NCBI GenBank assembly: GCA_964016885.1
Contig: OZ024762.1
Location: 6,758,001-6,822,000 of the forward strand
DNA from: Eledone cirrhosa
Taxonomy: Eukaryota
Direction: 5' to 3'
Length of the DNA stretch: 64,000 nt
The translations under genes were made by a program, and so were the position numbers. The notes under the pieces were generated by a model. It searched no databases and was not told the DNA's origin. It saw nothing but the letters and a program-made list of their open reading frames with translations. The first letter of the stretch is position 1. The number at the start of each line of letters is the position of its first letter. Positions 26,125 through 39,614 of this stretch are shown here, piece after piece.

Positions 26125-26595
26125 TGACTTCCCTACCATGCGGCTATGGAGTTCACTACCCTACCATGCGGCTATGGAGTTCACTACCCTACCATACGGC
26201 TATGGAGTTCACTTCCCTACCATGTGGTTATGGAGTTCACTTCCCTACCATGCGGCTATGGAGTTCACTACCCTACCATGCGGCTATGGAGTTCACTTCC
26301 CTACCATGTGGTTATGGAGTTCACTTCCCTACCATGCGGCTATGGAGTTCACTTCCCTACCATGTGGTTATGGAGTTCACTACACCACCATGTGGTTATG
26401 GAGTTCACTACACTCCACCCCCATGTGGTTAAGGAACACTACATCACTATGTGGTTATGGAGTTCACTTCACTTCCCTACCATGTAGTTATGGAGCTCAC
26501 TTACCTACAATGTGGTCATGGAGTTCACTACACCACCATGAGGTTATGGATTTCACTACACCACCATGTAGTTATGGAGCTCACTACATCACCAT
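26125..26595. repeat. 28-bp minisatellite (~16 copies)
   Basis: cttccctaccatgtggttatggagttca repeated. Confidence 0.93.
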
Positions 26596-26596
26596 G

Positions 26597-26895
26597 TGCT
26601 TGCAAGGGTGGGACGAGTCTTCTTCAGCACAGCATCTCTCCCCTCGTCACAGTCCTTCGTCATCTCCACCGTGAGCTTCAATGATCTGAGGTCTGTTCTC
26701 ACCACCTCCGCCCATGTTTTTCGTGGTATACCTCTACCACGTCTTCCTTCAACTGGCATTTCCTGGCACTTCTTCACCCATCGGTCATCCTCCATGCGCA
26801 TCACATGTCCATACCACCTCAGTCTCCTCTCCCGTACACTACATTCTATCCCTCTCAGACACAGTTTCTCTCTCAACACATTTATGCTGGGTCAT
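26597..26895 (-). mobile_element. RTE subfamily 2 C-terminal fragment
   Basis: RRLRWYGHVMRMEDDRWVKKC...PRKTWAEVVRTDL. Confidence 0.9.
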
Positions 26896-26970
26896 TCAAT
26901 GCCAAAACGCTTATCAGCACAGCAACAAATAGGAACAACAACCAATTATATATATGTATATATATATATA

Positions 26971-27350
26971 TCATCATCATCATCATCATCGTTTAATGTC
27001 CATATACCAGGCTCGCATGGGTTTGGATGGGAGTTTTCCCACTTGAGGCAAGAGTGGTTGTCTTGCTCGCACAGGACTGTCTGGCGGGTTTTCTACGGCT
27101 GGATGCCCTTCCTAACACCAACCACATTTACAGTGTGGAACTGGGAGGTTTTTACCGCGTTACCTACACGGCCACATTACAGCGTGGACTGTGTGTTTTT
27201 TTGTCATGACACCTACACGACCTCGTTTGTTTCGGGCTGGATGTTGTGGTACCAACATAACTTTACATTCAAAGTGGTGGTGTGGATGGGGTGGGGGTAG
27301 TGGGACGGGGGGGGGGGGGGTGTATTTTGTTAGCGGTGCCTACTGACTGT
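26971..27350 (-). mobile_element. Tail-C element copy
   Basis: Near-identical to 20296-20680. Confidence 0.85.
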
Positions 27351-27489
27351 ATATATATATAAGTAGTTCCACAACAGTTAGTTCACCATACTGAGAACAA
27401 ATGGACTGAGAGTGCTCTACTACTACAGATATGACTCTCCAGTGTTCTACTATTATATATATATAAACTTTCTTTTTTTAAACACTTGA

Positions 27490-27725
27490 CAAGATCCCAG
27501 ACTTCATTCACTTACCAAATGGGGTGGAACTCATCAAATCGAATAAAGGAAACAATGTTTCCATTGGTCTTTCCATTGCTGATATTATCTACTGGTTACA
27601 ACTCCTGGGAGAAAGAGCTATGTGAAATAGAGTGTCTTGCTCAAGACGTAGCGCATTGCCCTGTCTGGAAATTGAACCTGCAACTTCACAATTACGAATC
27701 CAATTCCCTAACCATTAAGCCACAT
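27490..27725 (-). mobile_element. SINE family C copy
   Basis: caagatcccagac 3' end, hairpin body, CORE-like segment, tRNA head. Confidence 0.82.
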
Positions 27726-28019
27726 ATATATATGTGTGTGTGCGTGTGTTTGTGAATACATATATATAGTAAAGGGGATAGAAGAGGGTGTGTGGGGTGG
27801 TCTGTGATATAGATCAGATGAGAGTAAAGGGACCAGTAGATGGAAAGATTGTGCAACCCCTCACCACAACCAACTCAGGGATACTGTGGTCTCCTCCTCT
27901 TACAAGATGTAATATACGATAGAGAGGTATGGGGAGAATGGGAGGAGGGTGGGGAGATGGGATTAGTTGAAAAACATATCTTATGACAGAGGGGTGGTGA
28001 TGGGGGGCAGTGTAGAGGT

Positions 28020-28555
28020 ACTGGTGGTGGTGGTGATGGTGGTGGTGGTGGTGGTGGTGGTGATGGTGGTGGTGGTGGTGATGGCAGTGGTGCTGGTGGG
28101 GGTGGTGGTGATAGTGGTTGTGGTGATGTGTTGATGATGGTGGTGGTGATGATGTGTTGATGGTGGTGGTGGTGGTGGTGATGATAGTGGTGGTGGTGAT
28201 GTGTTGGTGATGGTGGTGGTGGTAGTGGTGATGGTAGTGGTGGGGGGGGGGGGATAGTGGTTGTGGTGATGTGTTGATGGTGGTGGTGCTGGTGGTGGTG
28301 ATGGTGGTGGTGGTGATGTGTTGGTGATGGTGGTGGTGGTGATGGTAGTGGTGCTGGTGGGGGTGGTGGTGATAGTGGTGCTGGTGGGGGTGGGGGTGGT
28401 GATGTGTTGGTGATGGTGGTGATGGTGGTGGTGGTGGTGGTGATGGTGGTGGGTGATGGTGGTGGTGGTGGTGGTGATTGTGGTGGTGGTGATTGTGGTG
28501 ATGGTAGGATGGTGCTAATGATGGAGATGGTGGTGATGGTTGGAGAGGTGGTAGG
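28020..28555. repeat. Degenerate (GGT/GAT)n tract
   Basis: Direct reading. Confidence 0.92.
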
Positions 28556-28847
28556 GGGGGACTAGAGAGTGAAAAGAAAAGAGCAGTATGGTTAATAAGT
28601 TCACTTTGCTACAATGTGGTTTGGGGTTTCCGTACCATGGCAACAGACAAGTCACTTCTACTATTTTTCATTAATTAATTTGAATAGAGCGTATCTTATT
28701 AGAAATGTGGTCATGGAAGGGTTAAAACTAACTAGGCAACCAGCCACCCCCGATGAGGACCTCAGAGAGGTGCTTTAAAAGATCACAGATTCACATCAAT
28801 TTGATGGTGATGGAGATGATGATATAGTATAATTGTGCTACCATTAA

Positions 28848-29075
28848 CCCTTTATCATTTACACTACTCTCTCTCTATATATATACTATGGTATTTTCAT
28901 GGTAAAGGCTTTATCTCAAATAATATCTCACATAATATCAAATCTACGAGATTTTGATATTATTTATTCTGAGAACAATACCTTAACATCAGTATGAATG
29001 GCCAGTTACAGTCGGTTTGAACAGAAAGAGGTGAGAGAATTCTGGTCAGATACAGCTGGTTTAAATGTTAAAGGG
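28848..29075. mobile_element. piggyBac-type MITE (family P1)
   Basis: TTAA at 28844 and 29076; TIR ccctttatcattta / taaatgttaaaggg (13/14); inverted homolog at 55862. Confidence 0.9.
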
Positions 29076-30299
29076 TTAAGGCTAACTAGATAGCCAGCCA
29101 ATGAGGATGGGGGGGGGGGGGCTGAGAGGTGCCTTACTGAAACATAAAGGAGCACAGTTTTATATAGATATGATGGTGATGATGCTGATGATGATGTAAT
29201 ATAAGTGTGTTACCATTAAGGTCAACAAACCAGCCACCAAGGACCTCAGTGAGGTGCCTTATTGAAACATAAAGGATCAGTTTTATACAAAACTTTTTTA
29301 TAATCAAATTAAATATTTACTAATTTCCTGCAATTAATCAATAAATCAATGAAAATCTTTGCTGTGTTGTGTAAATATCCAAAGTGGTGGAGAGGGTCGT
29401 ATGGTGTTATGATCTGCCACATAATCTTTACATCACTCTCTATATAAAAGTTGTTTCTATATATAAAGAGAGTGAAGTTATTTCTGTATGTGTGTACACA
29501 TGTATGTATAAGTATATATATATGTGTCTAAAATGTATACATACATATTATATGTATCATAACCATCAATGATGACACACACACATATATATTCTAAGTA
29601 TATGATAATATTATTTCCTTTCTGGTAAATTTAAACAATCTTCTTCGTCTTCATTTTCTTCTTCTTTCCACCCACCTCAAAAGTTAAATCACAAGATTTA
29701 GGCTTCCATGAAAAAAAGATTTAAAAAAAAACATAAAAGAATATTAAAAAAAGCTAATATAGAAATCTAGATTTTCCCAGGAGAAATTCTATTTTACAGA
29801 AAATTTGAGATTATCATGCAAAGAAGAAAACTGTAAAAAACCCCTTCCCTATCCATCTTACCACCACTATCAATAATAATAATAATAATATGTGTGTGTG
29901 TCTGTATATATGTATATGTGTGATAATAATAATAATAATTATTATTATTATTATTATTATTCTTTCTTTTTTTTGTTTTCTTATTTTTTATTTTAATAAT
30001 AATAATACTAATAAATGCCTTAATTTTCTTCAGGAAATTATCACTAATGTATCCTTTACACCGAGCAACACTATAAAATTATAGATTTATGTACAACACA
30101 ACGTATTTTGCTATTAATAGATGAAATATATCATAGTAGGTGGTTTTATCTACAAAATGCTGGCTTTAAACAGACACTACATGAAATCAGTTGGAATGAA
30201 TGAAGAGTTCCAGTGGCTATTTTCAAAGTACTGTAGAATGGGAGAGCTAAAGACACCAAGTACATTCTGTAAAATGGTAGAGTTCATGCGAATGATAAA

Positions 30300-30860
30300 A
30301 GGTGCCCAGTACACTCTATAAGTAGTAGAGGTGATGCCATGATTCTATAAGTGGTAGAGGTGATGCCATGATAAAAGACACCCAGTACACTCTGTAAAGT
30401 GGTAGAGGTGATGCCATGATAAAAGACACCCAGTACACTCTGTAAAGTGGTAGAGGTGATGCCATGATAAAAGGTTCCCAGTACACTCTGTAAAGTGGTA
30501 GAGGTGATGCCATGATAAAAGACACCCAGTACACTCTGTAAAGTGATAGAGCTGATACCATGATGAAAGAGACCCAGTACACTCTGTAAAGTGGTAGAGA
30601 TGATGCCATGATAAGACACCCAGTACACTCTGTAAAGTGGTAGAGGTGGTGCCATGATGAAAGACACCCAATACACTCTGTAAAGTGGTAGAGGTGGTGC
30701 CATGATGAAAGACACCCAGTACACTCTGTAATGTAGCAGTGCTGATGCCATGATAAAAAACACCCAGTACACTCTGTAAAGTGGTAGAGCTGATGGCATG
30801 ATAAAATACACCAAGTACACTCTGTAAAGAAATAGTGCTGGTGCCATGATAAAAGACATA
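30300..30860. repeat. 48-bp tandem array (~11 copies)
   Basis: cccagtacactctgtaaagtggtagaggtgatgccatgataaaagaca, period 48. Confidence 0.93.
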
Positions 30861-30934
30861 CATACATTTATGTATCAGCTGTGCTAGGGCGAGAAATAAA
30901 ATTCTAATTTTATTTTTATATGTATATATACACA

Positions 30935-31028
30935 CACACACACAGTGGACCCTTAGTTCATGAACACACACACAGTGGACCCTTAGTTCATGAACACACA
31001 CACAGTGGACCCTTAGTTCATGAACATA
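30935..31028. repeat. 30-bp tandem x3
   Basis: cacacacacagtggacccttagttcatgaa. Confidence 0.93.
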
Positions 31029-31529
31029 ATTCATTCTTCAAGGTCATTCGTCCCCTGAAATGTTCATAAACTGAAACATTTTCCCCCATACAAAATTTTA
31101 AGAGAGAAATACAGAGAGAGACTGTGTGTGAAAGACAGATAGATATCACCATAATAACTAACTACACAGCAAGTGATGCTTTCCCGCTGATACTCCCAGC
31201 TTGTCGCCAACCATTGTTCCTGACTTGCATATTCGTCACTCGAGACACCTATTGTAAACTGAGACATTTTGTGTTTGAAAGAATTGTTCGCAAACCAATT
31301 TGTTCTTGGTGAGAGGTGTTTGTGAACCAACATTTCACATGTGTGTATACATGTGTGTGTGTGTGTGTGTGTGTATGTATCTGGGTAAAACACAACATAA
31401 TTAATTTAATTAATGGATCTTGATGATTAGTGAAAAAAATTGATTGCATCGTGTGAGAAGTAAGCATTATGGAATGAAGTGGAAGGGAATGGTAATAATA
31501 TTGTAGGGGGAGGGAGGAGAAGGGGGAGT

Positions 31530-31712
31530 CAAAGAAGAAAAAGAAGGCAAAGAAGAAGAAGAAGAAGGCAAAGAAGGCAAAGAAGAAGAAGAAGAAAAGG
31601 AAGAAAAAGAAAAGGAAGAAAAAGAAAAAGAAGAAAAGGAAGAAAAAAAGAAAAGAAAAAAAAGAAGAAAAAGAAGAAAAGAAGAAAAAGAAGAAAAGAA
31701 GGAGAAAAGGGG
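31530..31712. repeat. Almost pure purine (AAG/AAAAG) tract
   Basis: Direct reading. Confidence 0.92.
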
Positions 31713-32574
31713 TCAAAATGAAATGCAGGTCTCCTACCCAGACAGGTAACAAATCCAGGGCCAGATGTAAATATGCTATAAACATTTGAATAAATAAATC
31801 TGTTTTTAGATATTTTCTGCTAAATTATTACAAGATGAGATAATACTGCAAATTTCACAACAATCAGTCCATTAGCAAAGATACTATAAACAGTTGAATT
31901 AACAAACTTGTTTTTAACTATTTTCTGCTAAATTATTACAAGATGTTAAAAGTTAAGGTAAAACTAAGGTAAATCAAATCTCTTTCTGTTTCCATCTAGT
32001 TGAAGGCTATGAGAGAAGCAGGAGGTTTGCCAACATCTTAAATCAAAAGGAGGTGTGAAGTGTTTCAAATTACAAAATACTGTGTTAATTTCCTCACCAT
32101 TAACATTGTAGTAAATCTTCCTTTTCCTAGCTTCTCTCACGAGAAACAAACATCTCGCACATTTAGATTTCTTTTACATCACCACACTTCGACTTTGGCT
32201 TTTTTCAAGAAACTAAAGAAAGATGGAAGAATGACGAACCAAGTACTGACTTCTAAACAACCACACAGTGTCAGTTGAAGCCTGCAGTTCCCCAATCATC
32301 ATCATCAGTGTTTTGAGGTCAGCTCTCACCACTTCAATCCAGGTATTCCTTGATCTCCCTCTACTATACTCTCCCTCCACTTGTTGCATTATTTTGCAAT
32401 CTCCTCTGTGAGTTTCAGTGTTTTCAGATCAGCTCCCACCTCCTCTGCCGAGGTCTTTCTTGGTCTTTCTTTACTGCAGCTTCCTTTCACTGGGATTTCT
32501 TATCAGTGAAATTTGGTAGACAGAAACTGTGCAGAAGCCGGTCATATATGTGTGTCATGACAACCTCCCCAGTG

Positions 32575-33065
32575 CAGGAGTTGATCATCAGATTGTTTCA
32601 AGGAAACAATGTTTCTATTGGTCTTTGCTTGGCTGATCCTATCTGCTAGTCATAACTGCTTGCAGAAGATAAGTGCTGAATAGTAGTTCAGACCAAGGAA
32701 ACAATGTTTCCATTGGTCTTTGCTTGGCTGATCCTATCTGCTAGTCATAACTGCTTGCAGAAGATAAGTGCTGAATAGTAGTTCAGACCAAGGAAACAAT
32801 GTTTCCATTGGTCTTTGCTTGGCTGATCCTATCTGCTAGTCATAACTGCTTGCAGAGGATAAGTGCTGAACAGTAGTTCAGACCAAGCAAACAATGTTTC
32901 TACCGGTCTTTCCACTGCTGGTTACATCTGCCAGTTGCAACTCTTGGCAGAAGGAATAATGTAAAATAAAGAATTATGCTGTAGAACAAAACATCCCACC
33001 CAGTTCAAGACTCAAATCTACCACTTTATGATCCCGATCCCAACACTCTCACCACTAGGCCAAGG
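32575..33065 (-). mobile_element. SINE family C copy with internal 95-bp tandem amplification of its body
   Basis: gaccaag at 32691, 32786, 32881; degenerate tRNA head at ~32960-33065. Confidence 0.82.
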
Positions 33066-33329
33066 CCACACCTACTGATGCAAAGCAATGGAAGATAGAG
33101 GATTATCTACAAGTGATTGATGGTCATCAACAAAGTGAACAGAACCAATAATATAGCCAGAAACCAGTGTAGTTCCACAACAGTTCCATGAGCCAAGGGA
33201 GCGAGCATGTCAGATATTGATTGAATTCTACAGAACAGAGATACTACAAGTGATCAATACTTGCTGCGTAATATTATAGCTTACAGACGAGGCTACCAAT
33301 TACACAGTGAATCTTGTTCTATCTGGAAC

Positions 33330-33865
33330 ACTGTGTGTGTGTGTGTGTGTGTGTGAGTGTGTGTGTGTGTGGATGTGAGTGTGTGTGAATGTGTGTGTAG
33401 CTGTGAGTGTGTGTGTGTGTGGATGTGAGTGTGTGTGTGGGTGGATATGAGTGTGTGTGGATGTGAGTGTGTGTGGTTGTGTGTGGATGCGAGTGGATGT
33501 GAGTGTGTGTGGCTGTGAGTGTGTGTGTGGATGTGAGTGTGTGTGTGGGTGGATGTGAGTGTGTATGGCTGTGAGTGTGTGTGTGGATGTGAGTGTGTGT
33601 GTGTGTGTGGCTGTGAATGTGTGTGTGTGGCTGTGAGTGTGTGTGTGTGGCTGGATGTGAGTGTGTGTGTGTGTGGCTGTGAATGTGTGTGTGTGGCTGT
33701 GAGTGTGTGTGTGTGGCTGGATGTGAGTGTGAGTGTGTGTGTGGCTGTGAATGTATGTGTGTGTGGCTGTGAGTGTGTGTGTGTGTGTGGCTGGATGTGA
33801 ATGTATGTGTGTGTGGCTGTGAGTGTGTGTGTGTGTGTGGCTGTGTGAATGTCTGTGTGGATGTG
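33330..33865. repeat. GT-rich compound microsatellite
   Basis: Direct reading. Confidence 0.93.
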
Positions 33866-34394
33866 TTTCTCAGGTCTTTTTCTCTCATTGTTTTACATGA
33901 AATCTGTCTATGGAATCTACGTTCAATACAGTCAGTGACAGAGAGGCGGAGGGGGGGGGGGGGTGTCTATACCATCAGCACTTTAAAAGAACTGCAATAA
34001 TATTAACCTTTTCATGACTATGTTGTAACAAAATACACTATTTCAATTAACTAAATAAGAGTTTTGAGGGATTTATTACAATTATTAATTATTCCATTAT
34101 GAAGATGGTAACTTGCAGGCAGCAAATTGCCAGAGTCGTTCAAATGTCAGATAGAATGTTTGGCAGTATTTCAGTTCTCTGCTCTCTTGGTTCAAATCCT
34201 ACTGAGGTCAACTTTGCATTTCATTCATTCGAGGTTGATAAAAAAAAGTACCAGTTTAGTACTGGGGGTTGATTCTTCCTTTATATCTCTTTCTCACTTC
34301 CATTCTCTCATTCTCTCTCTCTCTATGCTTCTCTGGAAGAAATATCTGCTGTATTCAGAGAAGAAAGGAGTGGACTTCACCAGGTTTTTAAAAA

Positions 34395-34590
34395 TAATTG
34401 TTTCTACTTTTGGCACAAGGCCAGAAATTACCCCAGTGCATTACTGGTACTTTATTTTATCGACCCCCCCCGTAAGGATGAAAGGCAAAGTTAACTTCGG
34501 AGGGATCTGAACTCAGATCATAAAGGGCCGTAACTCTTTGCTGCAAAGCATGGCATCAGACCCTCTACTGATACTGCCAATCCACCGCTC
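34395..34590 (-). mobile_element. SINE family B copy
   Basis: Matches family B consensus. Confidence 0.88.
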
Positions 34591-34591
34591 T

Positions 34592-34633
<42 letters not shown>

Positions 34634-35574
34634 GTACCCTCAGATGAACATATGTGAAATAACAGAAGACATGATGATGATGCCACTACAAAGAGCTGAT
34701 TTTAGCCAGGTTGGTAAGTTTATCATTAAATTTGTGTTTGGAACATAACTTAACAAAGGTTTTTATATAAATCTATGATGGAATTATTTTAGATAAATGT
34801 AAACACTTTAAAGCAAACAGCTTTGTCTTGTTAAGGGCAGTGAATGGCAGTTTGGTATTTAAAAGGTTAACCTTTCTGTTACCATGGTAACCTAGTTGTG
34901 AGTTATTTTTATTACAACATATGCAGCTGAACAATTAGAATTTCTTGGTTGTTTGAGCTAATGATGTCCTGTACTCCATGAAACCACATTAGCAAGACAG
35001 CCATGAAAACTATAAAACTGCACTGTGACTGCATCACATTAAAAAATTAAAGATTTTATTTTACTGCAAATTTTCACAAACGATCTGTCCACTTGTAAAG
35101 ATATTATAAACAATTAAAGTAAAAAAAAGACAGATTAGCAAGACAATCTTGAAAAGTACAAAACATAAATTTGGGCAAGATCTCTGCAAATACAGCCTTG
35201 AGTTGACCAACGAATGCCCTGTCAGTGACATTTGGTAGACAGAAGCTGTGCAGAAACCTGTCATATATATATGTGTGGGACATGAAAATCTCCCCAGTGC
35301 TGGTGTCATGATAAAATAAACTTGGTAGAGCACAGAGACGTATGTAAGTGTTAAAAGTTAAAGTCTGCAATTTTTGTCTACTATCAAAGATACTATGAGC
35401 ATTTCAATGAATACATCCATTTCCAGACATCAGCTAAATCATTACAGGATGTTAAGAGTTAAAGATAACCACAGCAATACAAAGACACATTAATGCATTT
35501 AACAATCAACTTTATAATGCATTTAACTGGAAACATTTTATAAGGACTAAACATAACAATAATAATAATAATAA

Positions 35575-35765
35575 TTCTTTCTACGTTAGGCACAAGGCCA
35601 GCAATTACCCAGTGCATTACTGGTACTTTATTTTATCGATCCCGTAAGGATGAAAGGCAAAGTTAACCTCAGCGGGATTTGAACTCAGATCATCAAGGGC
35701 CGTAACTCTTTGCTGCAAAGCATGGCGTCCGGCCCTCTACCGATACTGCCAATCCACCGCCCTTT
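35575..35765 (-). mobile_element. SINE family B copy
   Basis: Matches family B; shares its flank with the 34395 copy. Confidence 0.88.
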
Positions 35766-36361
35766 AATAATAATAATAATAATAATAGTAGTACCCTCAG
35801 ACTAACTTGAACATGTGAAATAACAGAAGACATGATGATGATACCACTACTAATACAACAACTACTACTACGACTACTACTACTACCATGACTACTACTG
35901 CTACCACCACTACTACTACTACCACTACTACTACTACTACTACTAATAATAATAATGATGATGATGATGATGATGATGATGACAACAAAATATGAAGAGT
36001 AAGAAGAGAAATGCATTTATCGAATTTTCAGGTTGTTGTTGGTAGATATTTTTTGGTTAGTTTTTGTTTTTTTCTCTCTAATATGTCTTTGTTGCAGTTT
36101 CAGTATTTTCAATTAGATTTCAGAAAATATGTTTCTATAAAAAGTAAATCTATAATATAAATGCTGACATATTCCCCTCTTCGTCTTATGTCGCCACCCC
36201 AGCACCTCCCCACACCCCTTCCAAAGATATACTTCTAAAACGTTCAGTTCAAATACTTTTCCTACTTTTAACAACAGCTTTGTTGATCTTCAAGACACTA
36301 TGTATATATGTGTGTGTGTGGACGTTAAACGATGATGATGATGATGATGATATATATATAT

Positions 36362-36560
36362 CATCATCATCATCATCATCATTTCATTTTACGTCCACTT
36401 TTCCCTGGTTGCACGGTAAAAAAGCACCCACCACTCACTGTAAATGAGGTTGGTGTTAGGAAGGGCATCCAGCTGTAGAAATCAAGCCAGAATCAGTTCC
36501 CGTCCCACCCTTGCAAGCAGGGAAAAGTGGACGTAAAATCATGATGACGATGATGATGAT
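36362..36560. mobile_element. SINE A 3' half bounded by inverted tail-B copies
   Basis: attttacgtccacttttccctg on the left, cagggaaaagtggacgtaaaat on the right. Confidence 0.85.
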
Positions 36561-36626
36561 ATATATATATATATATATATATATAAGAGAGTATTGAAGT
36601 TTGCTTGAAGCATTATGGAATAATAG

Positions 36627-36818
36627 GTAAATATCTTTAAGTCGTTTGGAAGCCTCGACAATGCAAATGGGTAAATCTCCTTCATTCCTCTACACGTCTT
36701 ATACACGCCACGCATCTCAACGTACACCCACTTACATCTCTCTCTCCACCACCGGATCTTGTTACCCGGAGATTTACCCATTTGCATTGTCGAGGCTTCC
36801 AAACGACTTAAAGATATT

Positions 36819-36821
<3 letters not shown>
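36627..36821. repeat. Perfect 54-bp inverted repeat with 87-bp spacer, next to (TA)n
   Basis: 36627-36680 is the exact reverse complement of 36768-36821. Confidence 0.93.
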
Positions 36822-36876
<55 letters not shown>

Positions 36877-37109
36877 CCATTTTTAAAACTTTCCTCCCAA
36901 AGTTATCCACTATTAATTATGCGATAAATATTTGAAATAAATGTCCACAAAATGAAACCAGTGTTTAGATAATTTCTGTTACATCATTCTAGAATGTTAA
37001 ACATTAACCAGTCTAGTATTATAGTAGCATGGGTGGTTTCAGGTGGTTTAGTACAAATATGGCTGATTGGTGATGTTCTAGTATTGGCAGGTGGTCTGAT
37101 TGTATAAGG

Positions 37110-38245
37110 CCAACAACAACATCACCATCACCACTAATAACAACACCACCACCAACAACAACATCATCACCACCACCACTATCGCCAACAACATCATCAC
37201 CACCAACAATACCACCACCACTATCACCAACACCACAAACAACCATTTAAGCAATCAAACCAACACTATCATCAGCATCACCAACATCAAAAACAACCAT
37301 TAAGCCATCAAACCAACACCACCACCACCAACAACAACAACGATTAAGCCATTAGCGCCACCACCACCAACCATTAAGCCATCAAACCAACACCACCACT
37401 ACCACCACCACCACCACCACCAACCATTAAGCCATCAAACCAACACTACCACTACCACCACCACCACCAACACCACCAACAACCATTAAGCCATCAAACC
37501 AACACCACCATCACCACCACCACCACTACCACCAACACCGCCATCACCACCACTAACACTACCACTACCACCACCACCACCAACAACCATTAAACCATCA
37601 AACCAACACTACCACCAACACTACCACTACCAACACCATCAACAACCATTAAGCCATCAAACCAACACTACCACTACCACCACCACCAACACCACCAACA
37701 ACCATTAAGCCATCAAACTAACACCACCATCACCACCGCCACCACTACCACCAACACCACCACCACTAACACCACCACCACCACCACCAACAACCATTAA
37801 GCCATCAAACCAACACTACCACTACCACCACCACCAACACCACCAACAACCATTAAGCCATCAAACCAACACCACCATCACCACCGCCACCACTACCACC
37901 AACACCACCACCACCACCAACAACCATTAAGCCATCAAACCAACACCACCATCACCACCGCCACCACTACCACCAACACCACCACCACCAACAACCATTA
38001 AGCCATCAAACCAACACCACCATCACCACCGCCACCACTACCACCAACACCACCACCACCAACAACCATTAAGCCATCAAACCAACACTACCACTACCAC
38101 CACCACCAACACCACCAACAACCATTAAGCCATCAAACCAACACCACCATCACCACCGCCACCACTACCACCAACACCACCACCACCACCACCAACAACC
38201 ATTAAGCCATCAAACCAACACTACCACCACCACCACCACCACTAC
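37110..38245. repeat. ACC-rich minisatellite punctuated by a conserved 20-mer aaccattaagccatcaaacc (~14 copies)
   Basis: Direct reading. Confidence 0.92.
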
Positions 38246-38464
38246 ACTTGTGATCAGTGCTACTTCAAAAGACTTACCAAAGACTGTAGTTGCCCCCCCC
38301 CCCCCCCACACACACACACCTCTAAACTGTTATTACCGTTGTAGTAATAGCAGTAATGAACATTATTTGGTCTTTCTTTTCAATCAAAATATAAATATAT
38401 ATATTTATTTATTTACATATACATATACACATATATATTTACACTCACATATGAATATATATTT

Positions 38465-39528
38465 ATATATGTGTGTGTGTATAAATCTATATGCCTATAT
38501 ATATATATTTATATATATGTGTGTGTGTGTATAAATTTATATGCCTATATATATATATATATATTTATATATATGTGTGTGTGTGTATAAATCTATATGC
38601 CTATATATATATATATTTATATATATGTGTGTGTGTGTATAAATTTATATGCCTATATATATATATATATTTATATATATGTGTGTGTGTGTATAAATTT
38701 ATATGCCTATATATATATATATATTTATATATATGTGTGTGTGTGTATAAATCTATATGCCTATATATATATATTTATATATATGTGTGTGTGTGTATAA
38801 ATTTATATGCCTATATATATATATATATTTATATATATGTGTGTGTGTGTATAAATCTATATGCCTATATATATATATTTATATATATGTGTGTGTGTGT
38901 ATAAATTTATATGCCTATATATATATATATATTTATATATATGTGTGTGTGTGTATAAATTTATATGCCTATATATATATATATATATTTATATATATGT
39001 GTGTGTGTGTATAAATTTATATGCCTATATATATATATATATTTATATATATGTGTGTGTGTGTATAAATTTATATGCCTATATATATATATATATTTAT
39101 ATATATGTGTGTGTGTGTATAAATCTATATGCCTATATATATATATTTATATATATATATTTATATATGTGTGTGTGTGTGTATAAATCTATATGCCTAT
39201 ATATATATATTTATATATATGTGTGTGTGTGTATAAATTTATATGCCTATATATATATATATATTTATATATATGTGTGTGTGTGTATAAATCTATATGC
39301 CTATATATATATATTTATATATATATTTATATATGTGTGTGTATAAATCTATATGCCTATATATATATATTTATATATGTGTGTGTGTGTGTGTGTATAA
39401 ATCTATATGCCTATATATATATATTTATATATATATTTATATATGTGTGTGTGTGTGTGTGTATAAATCTATATGCCTATATATATATATTTATATATGT
39501 GTGTGTGTGTATAAATCTATATGCCTAT

Positions 39529-39614
<86 letters not shown>

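Noticed and set aside
31479-31785. Lys/Arg-rich or Phe-rich ORFs resembling protamine or membrane proteins
   Set aside because: Simple purine tract with no splice or codon evidence
37110-38245. CRISPR-like pattern of a constant 20-mer with variable spacers
   Set aside because: Spacers are ACC microsatellite variants related to each other; no cas genes; eukaryotic context
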